From NCBI RefSeq assembly GCF_018350175.1, contig NC_058382.1, forward strand, positions 54,872,001 through 54,936,000: DNA of 64,000 bases. The letters run 5' to 3'. Shown here piece after piece: positions 12,010-25,072 of this stretch. Position numbers and translations under genes: made by a program. The DNA is from Felis catus (taxonomy: Eukaryota). The notes beneath the pieces were generated by a model. It worked only from the letters and a program-made list of their open reading frames with translations. It had not been told where the DNA came from and made no database searches. Every line of letters begins with the position of its first letter. Position 1 is the stretch's first letter.

Positions 12010-12473
12010 GGTCCCTGGGTTTGCACCTGGCCGCACCTCGGCCGCCCGCGTCGACACGTCCCGCGGCGCTGGCCGGTCCGATCGGGGTCGGCTGGGGCGG
12101 GTGGGGGGGTGGGCCGTGTGGGGGCCGGCGGGCCGCGCCGCTCCGCACCGGCCTGGGCACCGGCGGGGGCGCGGCTGGGCGTGACGTCACGCGCCCCGCC
12201 CCCGCGGCCCCCGCCCACCCCCACGTTCCGGGCGGGGCCGGACCCGGGCCTGCCGGGGCTCGCCCGCCGCGGCCCCCTCCCCAGGGGCCGCCCCCTCCGG
12301 TCGGGCCGCGCCTCTGCCCCTCGCGTCCCCGCCCGGCGGCCGACTCCGCCTGCGAGAGGCCGAAGCCGCGGCGGCGGCCGCCGTTGCCGCCATTGACGTC
12401 AGAGGGGCGGGCACATGACCCCGCGGGGACCAATCGCGCGGGCGCCGAGCGGCTTCTGCAATCTCTCAACTGA

Positions 12474-13769
<1,296 letters not shown>

Positions 13770-16700
13770 TAGGCAAAACCGGGTGCTTCCCTTTCTGAAA
13801 AATCTCATTCGCACGTTGGGAGGTTGGAAGTGGAGGGGGAGGGGATAGGGGTCCCGGACTGCCTCCTCCCCACCGAGGGGAGGTCAAGTTCTAGAGTGGA
13901 AGCTGGCCTGTGGGGGCCCTGGTCTTGCATTGTCTGCGAAGTGTGTGTGTATACGTGTTCTTTGTTGCTGGCTTTATTTTGTTATTGTTATTGTTTTAAA
14001 TATATGGCTAGGACTGGGTCAGCTGGATGAGAGGCAGGGAAGTCATGGATCTGTTTCTGAAATCAAATCTGCAAGGTGGAGAAAGACATCGGTGGTGGTG
14101 GTGGGGTCGCAGGGGGTGGGGGCGGCAGGCAGGAGCCTGAACAGGATGCTTTGTGTTTTGAAACAAGGGCAGTTTAAAGCCCCAGCTCTGCTTGGGCCTG
14201 AGCCTTGCTGAGGGGATCCCGTCCTGTGTGGAGAGGTGGCAGGTCTTCCCCAGAATGCACACTCCCCCTGGGGCAGCCGCGATCCTGTTTACTAAGCACA
14301 GTGGGGGGGGGGGGGGGTGGCCGTGGTGGCTGTGGCGCTGGTGGCAGAATTCAATGCCTGCCCACACCTGTGCCAAGAAAACCCAGCCAGGAAACAGGGT
14401 GTCGCTTACATGGCATGTCACAAACGTGTAGCGTGTGTAGACATTTCCCCGGCATCCATGTTCCCTTGGCAGTGTGTCACAGGCCGTGACACATGCTCCA
14501 AGGAATGGGGAGGGGGAAAAGTTAGCAGAAGAAGCCCTACTCCTCGAAACCACTCCCCCCTCCCGAAAGCCCTGAAGCACATGAGGACTCTTATTCTGAA
14601 TTTTGGGTCCGACGTGCCTGGAACACCTATTTTTTTCTTTCCTGTGGGCAGGTTGGTGCAGTACCTGCAGAGACAGCTTCCTCACACAGGATCGCTGGTT
14701 GCCGTGAAGCGGTTCAGGCCCGGTTTCAGGCTCATGCATGTTCCCAAACCCGTCCGGAGCCACAGGCCTCGGCATTTGGCTTTTCATTTGATGGAGGGAG
14801 AGCCTCAGAAAATTCCCCGGCACGCAGCCTTTCAGGTTCAGGGGAGGAACCGGTGCCCTCCAGTGGTTCCCTGCCTGGCATCAGGAGCCCCCAAATCTGG
14901 CTTCAGAATTTCCCCCTGCTTCAGGGGAGGCATTGTTGTTTTTCTACCACTCTTCAAAACGAAGGGGAGTTGGGGGGGTGGGGAGGAAGTGGTTGAGAGG
15001 CACAGTGACCCTCCGTGGGAGAGGCCAGGAGCGCGTGCTCAGCGGCTGCTGGCCATGGTCTGGGGGAAGTCAGCTTTGGAGGCGCTGGGCCGCCACCCCC
15101 CTTACTCTGATTGCTCAAGAGGTATGTAGCAGAGAGAGGAAGGGAACAAAGGCTGAGGCTGGGCACTGGTTTCTTAAGCAACCGGAGGCCCCGGCACCAC
15201 CTTCCCCAGCACCTTGGCCAGCCGAGGTGGACGGTACCTTCGTAGCTTGGGCCTCTCTGGAGAGGAGCTGTGATTTTTCAGGACGGGGGACTGAGGACCA
15301 TCCACAGAACAAGATTTGCCTGAGCAGAGCCCCACTCTGGCATTGCAAATGTGGAAGGAGGAACTATGAGCTGGCGTCTAATGGGCTGGCAAGTCCCCCT
15401 TCCTCCGCCTGTGGCCACCAAGCCCTCTGGGCAGAGGGTGTCCTTAAATTCTGCCATGGTGGGCTCCAGTGGGGTGTAGGGCTGTCCGTGCCGCGGCCTG
15501 TGAGCGTGGAGGGCGCCGCCGAGGGCAGGCCGGCTGTGGGGGCGGCCTCCAGGCTAGAGGTGGGGTTGCAACTGCACCAGGGACCTTGTCCCGCCATGAG
15601 ACACCTATTTGGTGTCCGGGCCCTCGGGAAGCAAAGCAGCCCCTGAGGGGTTTCCCTGAGGCCTGGGCGTTATGTAATCTGTCTGCATTTTCTAGTGTGG
15701 CCCAAGCACGCTATTGAGAAATATTAGCCCAAATGAAACAAAGGTGAATTTGAGTGTAGTTCTCTACAGCAGCAAGCCCTGTGCAGCCCTGTGGCTCTGC
15801 AGAGTCCCCAGGCCCCGGCCCCCAGCTGCCGACAGGCCAAGTCTGTTCCCTATCAGGTCATATCCTTCCATGAAATGTACATCGTCCGTATATTAAGCCG
15901 TCTGCACAGCCCAGCTCAGATCCATCTGGCAGTTATCTGGTTAATTGTGTGGGCTTCAGGAACAAGACTCAGAGTGATTGATCTGGATTCAAACCGATAA
16001 ACAAACCAAATACACTGCTGCCCAAACGTCTTTGGAGTCTGTCTACACTGATCCAATTAACTGGCTCGTCGTCAGAGATAAAGGCTTCCGGCACCACAGC
16101 TGCATCAAGCTAGGGTTGGAAGCACACGGGGGCTCCCAGCCCGCCTGGTAGGCAGCTCCAGCCGGGTGCACCCCTCAGGCGGACCTGTCTTGATTCCCTG
16201 TCGGGGAGATGGGCTCAGCGTCACCCCCTGGCCCGGCTGTAAACTTTGCCTTCTGTGGGGTCAGGTCGGAGCTGGCCCCTGTGCCAGTCTCCCGGGTCAG
16301 TTACTGATTAAGTCCTTGTCGAGCCAGCGGTGTGCCTGACGCGGCCTGTGACAGCGCAAGGGCCTGATGCACTCTGCGCTCCAGACTTTGGATCCCCAAC
16401 GCTCATAAACAAAGAAGGAAACGCAGAGGCGACCGCGACCTGGCTGACGTGTGAGGGGTGATTGGGATGTGTCTGCCCCCTCCCTGGGGTGCACATGACC
16501 ACACCTGGGGGCCTGCTCAGACTGTGGCCTAGACGTGGTGCCTCATTCCCCTTTTGCACCTGGGCTTCTCACTCCCCCCGGCCTCCTTGGGCCTTTCGTG
16601 GCTGCTGATCATCGTGTGGGTTGTAGCCAACGGCCGGGAGTCCTGCAGAAGCAGCCGGGTCCACAAGACCAGAATCCATTTTGCTGTTCTCGTGTGTGGG

Positions 16701-18533
16701 TTGAATTTGATCACCTGCTAGACATGTTTGTCCGCTGGAAGAGGGCTTTTGTCTGTGGGCTTTGTTTCCTCTGCTCCGAAGAGGCACAAATAAGGCTGCC
16801 TACCTTTTCTCTCACCTGATTTTATTACTTGCAGCACATGGCATCTCAGAGTGGGTCCAGTCCGGAAAGTCATTTATTCACTGACCAAACACGATGGGGG
16901 TCGGAGCACAGGTGACGGTGGCCTTCTTAATTTTCAAGCCTTAATTTATCAGTGACTTTTTTTTTTTTTTTAAACGTTCTCCACTCTGCTGCCCCCATTG
17001 AAATGTTTCTGGGAAACATTTGTCACCGAAAGGAAAAGAGAAGTCACCTGAATCCTTGTCGGTCTCTTACTCTGGTGTTCTCTCTGCGGTAGCAACCTCC
17101 TGAACTTGGAATTTGTTAACCTAAGCACCTACTGGGTGTCTGGTGCTGAGTGGAGGGCTCATCCCCACGGTGTGGTTTCCGCCTGGGAATTGAAGTCCGT
17201 GTCCCCCAGGGTAGCCGCAGGTCCCGTGGGGACGTGTCTGCGTGTGTGTGCACACACGTGTTCATTGTTTCCGTCTTTGTTCCTTGTCCCGCTCTTCTGT
17301 GCCCGTCCTTCACGCCTTCCGTTTGAGGTTTTCTGCCGCAGGGAGTAGACACAGACAATTCTGTTTTTTTGGTGGCATTTGTCGTAAGATTTTGGAGTAT
17401 ATCAAGTTTGTTTCCCAGATAACATGTCTGATTGGAGGGGTCTAGGGGCGGGGGCCAGAGACAGAAGAGGAGAAAAAAATCTAAATTCTCCATAAACAGC
17501 AAACTTGTTCTGTGTTTCCCGGGCTGTAATAAATAAATGCATTTCAAGGAGGGAACGGTTTTTCATGCTGCCATTTGCCTGGTGCACCCGGGGGTGCTCT
17601 TTCCGGCTATGGGAAGAATCGTGCCGGTCCAGGTGGATGCTGTTAAACTGCGTGTGGCTGGGCTCTGCTGTGGGGCCGGCGATGGCGACAGGCGTGTGCC
17701 ACGGGCTTGGGCTCCACGGCCTACACGTGGCTTCTGCTTGGCATCGCCTGCTCCCGCCCCCATTGACTCGCCTGGCGGTGGGAGAGGGCATTTCTGGGGT
17801 ACTGTGTCCAGTGAGGCTTCAGGGTTCGTCCTCAGGACCCGAGCTGTCTCGGGTTTCCTTCTGACTGCCAGCCTTGGGGCAATAGGGTGGTCAGCCAGGC
17901 TTGGCCCCACGTGGATGGTACCCTCTCGGTGTTCTGGTGGAATGGACATTTGAAGTGGTTCATTTATGCTTTCGATTAAAAGATTAAATGAGCTCTAGTG
18001 AGGCAGTGCGAGAGGGTTTAGGGCATCCCCACCATGGGACAGAACCAACCTGGGTCTTGTCACATGGAACTGGGGCCGAATTCTGTTACGGTTTTCCGGC
18101 TGCGTGACTTAGCGCGTTCCTTCCTCTTGGTGGCCTTGCTTTGTCTCCATCTGGCGGGTGGTATGAACCTGCCTGATTTGTAGGGTTGCCGTAAGGATTA
18201 CAGATAATTCACAGTCGCACCTGGTGGGACGGCCACGCCAGGTAGGGATGTGACCAGGGGCTGGTCTTCCAATTCACATTTTCTTAATCTCCCTGAGAGA
18301 GCTTCGTGAAATCCTGTGCCAATGGAAAGGACCCTTGCGATTTGAAAGTGGGCAGTCTCCAGAGAAAAGTCTTCTGAGGTGAGCAGTGTGTTTGGGAAAG
18401 TTAGGGGTAGTGAGCAGATCCGATGTATACGAAGGCAACAACATTGGTGAAAGTAGTTTCAGAAAAATCCAGGAGCACAGTTTGGTTTCTTAAAAAAAAA
18501 AAACAACACGCAAAACCAATACCCACAAAGCTC

Positions 18534-18756
18534 TTTTTTTTTTAAATTTTTTTTTTACATTTATTTTTGAGAGAGAGAGGGAGACAAAGTCAGAGTGGGG
18601 GAGGGGCAGAGAGAGAGGGAGACACAGAATCCCAAGCAGGCATCAGGCTCCGAGCTATCAGCACAGAGCCCAACGCGGGGCTCAAACCCCCAAACTGCGA
18701 GATCATGACCCAAGCCGAAGTCAGAGGCTTAACCGACTGAGCCACCTAGGTGCCCC
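18534..18756 (-). mobile_element. Can-SINE, antisense to CMIP
   Basis: Poly-T...atttatttttgagagagag...ttaaccgactgagccacctaggtgcccc. Confidence 0.92.
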
Positions 18757-19707
18757 ACTCCTTTTTTTTTTTTTTTAATTTAATCGAAACAATAATGCGC
18801 CCATCAAATAAATTCAGATAGTACAAGGCATATCAGGAAAAATACAGCTTCTATCTTACTGCATGTCCCTGTGGCCCCAGTTCTCCTCTTAGTAGGCGAG
18901 CCCTGTTATGATTTCTTACAGATCCTTGCTGACCATTCGGCCATTTACATACCATTCTGGGCCGTGATTGGTCATTGGACAGTGTATTTGGAAGATCACT
19001 CCAGATCTGTGTGTACACAGCTGCCTTCCTCTTGTTCACTGCTGCGTAGTGCTCTGTTGCACAGGCGTCGCGTGAGGCTAGGCGACCGCCTCCCGTTGCT
19101 GGATGTTTAGGTTAGACCCGATCTTTTGCTGTCGGAAACAAGACACTTGCCATTTTTGTTCAGTGGAGTTGTTCCTGCTTTGATAATTTGAATGTTTTTT
19201 GCTTCTTCGGTGGGTGTTAAGATATTCAGTCCCAGAATGCTTTGCGGGAAAGAGCTGCCCTTCCCTCAGAGAGGGGAAGGAAGGCAGTGTTGCCTGGGGT
19301 CACTGCTGCCTGCGGGCATGCTTCCATCTGGCTTACGGTCACCACCGCAGGAGAGTCCGGCCCCCAGGGCCCCCACCGGGAGCTGAACACAGGTGAGCAG
19401 GGGGCTCTGAGCTGTCGTCGCACTGACCTGTGCCCTGAGGAAAGAGTCAGCTTGGCCCTGGCTGGCTGTTTCCTGCTCCACCTGAGAGCATCGTTTTTTT
19501 TGTCCCCAGACTTCCTGCTTCCCCAGGATGGGAGCCAGGCCGCCCAGCCCCGTGGTAGAGAAAGGGAGGAAGTGAGAATGTCTCTTCCCCACTCCTGGCT
19601 CTGGTGACAAAGCACCCAGTGAGTTCAGCAGGGCGCCAAGGGAGGCGGTGCACATTCGAAAGGAAGCTTTGCTGACATCAGCAGAGCCGTAACCAAAGGG
19701 TGGTGAG

Positions 19708-19709
<2 letters not shown>

Positions 19710-19752
<43 letters not shown>
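19710..19752. repeat. (GT)n microsatellite (~21 units)
   Basis: Read directly. Confidence 0.95.
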
Positions 19753-19753
<1 letters not shown>

Positions 19754-22700
19754 TGTCCCTGTGTACTGAGGCAAAGGAGAAAACAGAAACATTTCTGGTG
19801 CAGAAATTGGTGCCTGGGCTCAGTAGCCATTTCTTTATACCTGCCACATGCGAAGCGTTTGTATCCGCGTTGGGGTGTGTAGTGAGGGGCCTGGAGGAGA
19901 CCAGCCAGACCCTGTGCGGTGGTCGCACAGGTGAGCTGGAATCCGCCCCCTGCAACTTCCCAACTGGTGGCTGACCTTGGGCAGGTCACCTAACAGTCTG
20001 TATTTACCTATAAAATTCGGATTATGGGGATTTCCTTTCAGTGTCGATGTCCTTGAGGTTAAGTGAGGTAAGGCCTGGCAGTTTGTTCACGTGTTTATCC
20101 AACAGGTAAATATCGCTGCCCTAGGCACTTTAAAGAAAACAAGACCCTGCCTGCCTGGAGTCTGGCTGTCGGTGGGGTGGGCGAAGACAATAAACCACCA
20201 AGCAAGGAGATATAAAATCTGTGTGGTGGTGACAGGGGTCCTAGAGAAAACAGAGCAGCCAGGGAGGTGTGGCGTTTAGAGCTTGGGGACTGGCAGCCTT
20301 GCTGCTTTGCACATGGCAGTCAGGGAAGGGGTAAGAGCCTTCCAGGCAGAGAGATTGGCAAGTGCAAAGGCCCTGAGGCTGGATAGTACTTAGAAAACAG
20401 TAAGGTGGCTGGCGTTTAGTAAATGCTGTACAGTTGTTATTACCCGCACCTCCTAGGAGCTGTTATCATCTATTAAAAGATACTTACGAACACCCAGAAT
20501 CTGCTGGGTGTTGGTCATACAGAGAGCTCCCAGCCCCATGGAGCTTTCATTCTGGTGTCTCTGTGTGTGTATTTAAGCCTGGCTCCCTCTCAATAGATAG
20601 TGAATAGGTTTGGAGCAATGCTTTAAGAGACTCTTAAATCACAAAGCCCAGCAAAATGTCAAAACCAGCTGTCTTTGTCATACTGAGTTACAAGGGTCCT
20701 AGCACCTAGGATGCACTAATCGTTGAATTTGCCTCCAGCATCTTGCTGGTGAGGGTGGGGGTTGTGGTGAAGAGAAGTATGTCGCCCAAAGACCCTTACA
20801 AATGACTCAGCACCAAGGCTGGGATTCACACCCAGAGCTCCTGCCTCCCAGCACCTTCCGGTGCCTTCCAGAACCTTCCAGTGCCTTCCATCTTCATTTT
20901 TCCTTGGACCTTCTGCTTTCAAGCCGTTACGAGAAATGATATGATCGAGAAAGCACGTGAGCAGATTAGGCTGAGTAAACTCACTCTGGAGGCAAGCAGA
21001 AGAGCTGGACCCTCCAGCCCCTGGGCAGGTGGATGTCCAGGACTCAGGCAGGGTGGCAGATGTTTTCCTGGGGCCGGGCTGCCTGGGTGCAGCTCAGGTG
21101 GGGTCATCAGGAGAGGGAAGGTAACACCGGAACTTGTAGTCGCTTCCTGGGTGTCTTGAGTCCAGCCCAGGCTCTTAAAGGCCTGGAAAAGCTGCAGACG
21201 GGAGTGCACGATGTGGAGAAACCCAGGCCGGGCCCCTTCGCCCCCCGTTTGGCTCACTGTCCGGGTGAATGTGATCACCAGCATGCGCCAGTGAGAGGCT
21301 CAGCCATCCGTGTGGACAGCGCCGGGCGTCAGTCGGGCTGGGCTGACAGCTGAACAACTTGCCCCCAGATCTGGGTGGCTTCACGCAACGTGGCTTACTT
21401 CTTACTCTCACCAGTCCAGTGGGGACTCTGCCCTACTGGACGTGGACCACGTGGGCACCTGGCTTCTCCATATTGTGTCACTGGCCATCCTCTCCCTTCA
21501 CCTCCCCCCAGGGCCTCACTGAGTGGGAGATGGGGAGAGGGAGAGAATGCCAGGCAGTGCCGTTGGTAGGTCGGGTCGCTGTGTTGGCCACAGCTCTGTC
21601 ACGTGACAGCCCCTGAGCTCAGGGGGGCCGGGCACTGGAGAAAGGAGGACCCCCACCAGGATTGCAGGTCACGCAGAGGCTTTCAGAGTACCGGCTGCAG
21701 AGCCGCTTCCCTGGAAAGGAAGTTCAGCACCGTGGGCTCTTCCGGCTCCTGGGTGTGAGCTTAGTGGCAGGTCAGGAAGGTTGCAGTCTTCTCTCTGGTG
21801 GGGAATGAGATAGAAGCAAACCTATTGCAGGGAATGGAGCGATGCATTCATGATTACGATGACGTTTATTGTCTCCCTACTGTGGGCAAAGAGGTTGAGT
21901 TGAGAGGCAAAGGCAGGTCTGCCCTCACGCGTTGGGTGTGCGTGTCCGTGAATACGTGTCTATCCGTTGGATATACGTAAAATTATTTCAGGCTCTTGCA
22001 GAGACATCTTAGTTAAGAATCAGTGGGCTTATCAATTTAGCGTTTGCTGGTGTTCGGCAGACATTCCTTCGTGAATTTGTCAAGTGAGTTCAGGGAACTG
22101 GTGTTGGAAAGCGAATGCCAAGTGTTTGTCAAGAGTGAGCACCAGGTACTAAGTTTGCGAGCTGAGTACCCGACACGGTGTGTGCAGATGGGGCTTCCCG
22201 GGTCCTCCGTTTGCCAACGGGTGCTCCCTGGTAATGTGCTCCCAAGGTGAGTGCTCCCTGGTACTGTGCCTGCAGGGTCAGACATCATCTTTGCCCCGTA
22301 AGCCTCCCTCAGATCGGGGTACGGTAGAAACTGTGATGTAGTGTCGAACGCAGCACATTTCCTCAGGGGGTTTGTGCCTTGTCCTGCTGTTTGGAGGGAG
22401 GAAGAAGAGCACGTGGTTTCAGGAAGGACTTTGTAGGAGAGACACATCTAGATAGATAGGCCCAGGATTGGGACTGGCAGTGATGGAGAGGGGGGCCAGG
22501 GCTGGGAAGGGGCAGAGGGAGAAGAAAGCCAGGAGAGAGGGGCCGGAGCCGCCGGGGCACGTTCTGGGCGGTCTGGGCCATTCTCCCTGAGTGGTGGGCA
22601 CCACAGAAGAGTGCAGGAGAGGAAGGTGGAGGCGGGACCACTTCCCAGAGTGGGGGCCGCGGGCGGGGGCCAGGAGTCGGGGTGAAGTTGGTGCTGGGTT

Positions 22701-23764
22701 CCCCAGCGCTCGTTCAGGCCAAGAAGGCCCTGGTCGCGATGCAGAGAGACGAGGCACCAGCTGCCAGGTGGGCGCCTAGGATCCATCCCCCCAGGTGGAA
22801 GCTTCAGGATTGCGGGGATCTGAGTCACCAGGGCCAGGGGTCCGTCACAGCAGGGACCATGGTGGCAGCCACTCTTGAGCGTTCTTTTGCCAGGTGGTTA
22901 CATCCGTGATCCCCGTAACAGCCCGGCGACATACTGTTCCTCTCTCCAGTTTATAGGTGGGGATGCTGGGGCCCGGTGTGTCGGCAGACATTCTTTGCCT
23001 GAACGGATGGATGAGTGAGTGAAGAAATGAGCCAGTGAGGCTGCTGCCAGTTGTGGGCAGGGCCCTCCCGTGGAGAGGGAGGGGAGAGAGAAGAGATGTG
23101 TTCGGACCTCCCGCTCTCATGCCGTGCCTGCGCCGCTCTCTCCTCCAGGGCCGCCCAGGCTAAACGAGATGGCGTGTGCAGCCGACCCGTTTGGCATGCG
23201 GCGTGCACGGCTGGCCTCAGGGGTGGACACAGGCCCGAGGGTTCCTGGCCTGCTGCCTCGCCCGTGAGGCTGCGGGGCTCAGCCCGCCGGCCTGGAGCTC
23301 CTGATGGGCTCCCATCAGAGGCCTTTGGTACTTTCCAAACCCTCGACCTGAAACTTCCCCTGTCAGCTTTGGCTCCCAAGGCTCCCCTTCTGGAACCTTC
23401 CTTCCTGGAAGGAAGTGGGGGGGGGGGGAATGAAAGTGCTTGAACTGTCCCAGCGCTCCGGTGGCTCCCGGGCTTGGGGAGCCCAGCAGGGTCAGCCTGT
23501 GGCACCAGACGGATCAGGACAGGGTGGGGGGACTGCAGGACAGCAGCGATCATTTCTTCCCACATGCTGAGTCCCTTCGATGTGTTTGTGCGTTTATCCT
23601 CACTCCAGCCCCTGGGGTTCCAGTTTATAGATGGAAATGGAGGCCCTGTGAGGTTCAGGGTGTACATCTGGAACCCAGACGGCCTGGATCCAGAGCCGAA
23701 GACCTTCTCCTCCTGCCACGATGCCTCCTTGCTGGGCAGTGGGGACTCACCGTCAGCAAGGCAG

Positions 23765-23975
23765 TGATAACAACAGCCGGTGCTTATTCAGCGCTTATGT
23801 TCTGAGCCCTTTGTGTACGGGAGCTTATTTAATCCTCACGATGTCCCCAGGAGGTGTTGCTATTATTGTCCCCATTTTCCAGAGGAGCAGACTGAGGCCC
23901 AGAAAGATGAGATCGCTACTTACCCAGCTAGTAATGGTGGAGCTGGGGTTTGAACCCAGGCCGTGTGGTTCCAGG
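23765..23975 (-). mobile_element. MIR SINE relic
   Basis: atttaatcctcac...attgtccccattttccagaggagcagactgaggcccaga...gagctggggtttgaacccagg. Confidence 0.75.
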
Positions 23976-24357
23976 GCGTGACTGCGCGTGTCCCGTGAGC
24001 AGGGCTCGAGAGCAGAGGGTCAGAGAGACCCAAAATGGCCAGGCTGGCTCCATTCTTGGAGGCCCTGGAGGGCCTTGCAGAAGCGAGGAGGTTGTGTGTG
24101 GACAAAGCACATTGTGTCACCCTGGGGGTGGGGGAGGGGGGGTTTCAGCCCTCTCCCTGTGGACCTGTCTCTAGAAGGGCCGTGGCGGACTTTTGCTTCT
24201 TACCTGCCCTGTGTTCATCTGGGGATAGTGGACTCAGCCTCTCAGCGCCTCGCCTTCCTCCCCTGACATGGCCTGGCCTCGAGGAGCTGCCCGTCAGAGC
24301 TGGCTGTGATGACCTGCCTACGGCGATCGTGAAGTCCAGGGTCCACTGGGAGCGCAC

Positions 24358-24471
24358 GCCCTGCCCTGCCCTGCCCTGCCCTGCCCTGCCCTGCCCTGCC
24401 CTGCCCTGCCCTGCCTTGCCCTGCCCTGCCCTGCCCTGCCCTGCCCTGCCTTGCCCTGCCCTGCCCTGCCC
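24358..24471. repeat. (GCCCT)n / (GGGCA)n pentanucleotide tandem repeat, ~23 units
   Basis: Near-perfect ccctg array with two ccttg variant units. Confidence 0.95.
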
Positions 24472-24889
24472 GCCTTCCGGCTCGACTACCCTGCGCCTGG
24501 GTGCTGTGGCACAGCACCTCCTCCCCTCTGCCTCGGTGGTGGCCACCAGCCCCTGGAGTCTTTTCTGACCCCCGGTTGCAGTGAGGGCTCGCTCTTCCAC
24601 AGCCGGCTGCCATTTGCTTCTTTGCCTATCAGTCTTCTCTACTGGCTCCTCACCTCTGCCCTTGTGAAGTGAAACAAAAATAATCACACAGGGATGATGA
24701 TCTTATAAAATAAGCAAAAAATTCTCCCATGATCCCAACCTCCCAGAAGTCACGCATATGAACGTTTTGGGGTGCAGCCATCTTTGCTTTTTCTAGATGA
24801 GTGCGTATGTCACCTGTGGGATCCTTTGCACAGCGAGCAGGGGATTAGGTCTTATTCATAAACACTAAGCCATTTTCATACATTATCTC

Positions 24890-25072
24890 AACGGTGTTTC
24901 CTCTTCGTCCCTATGAATGTTGGGGCCTCTATCATTCTTTGCGGTGGGGGCCATCCTGGGCATTGTAGGATGCACAGCATCTCTGGTCTCAGCCCGCTAG
25001 ATGCTCCCCACAGTTCTGATGGCCCCAAATGCCCGCCTACAGTGCCCCGTGTCTCCTGGGTGAGACCCCGGG
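24890..25072 (-). mobile_element. MER20-like relic
   Basis: atcattctttgcggtgggggccatcctgggcattgtaggatg...agcatctctggtctcagcccgctagatgc is the reverse complement of the MER20 core. Confidence 0.65.

Noticed and set aside
14008..15646. Overlapping 237-271 aa ORFs on both strands
   Set aside because: No recognisable protein family, inside a GC-rich intron, and no supporting exon structure.
24035..24687. ORFs with (CPALP)n / (GQGRA)n repeats
   Set aside because: Translations of the pentanucleotide microsatellite.
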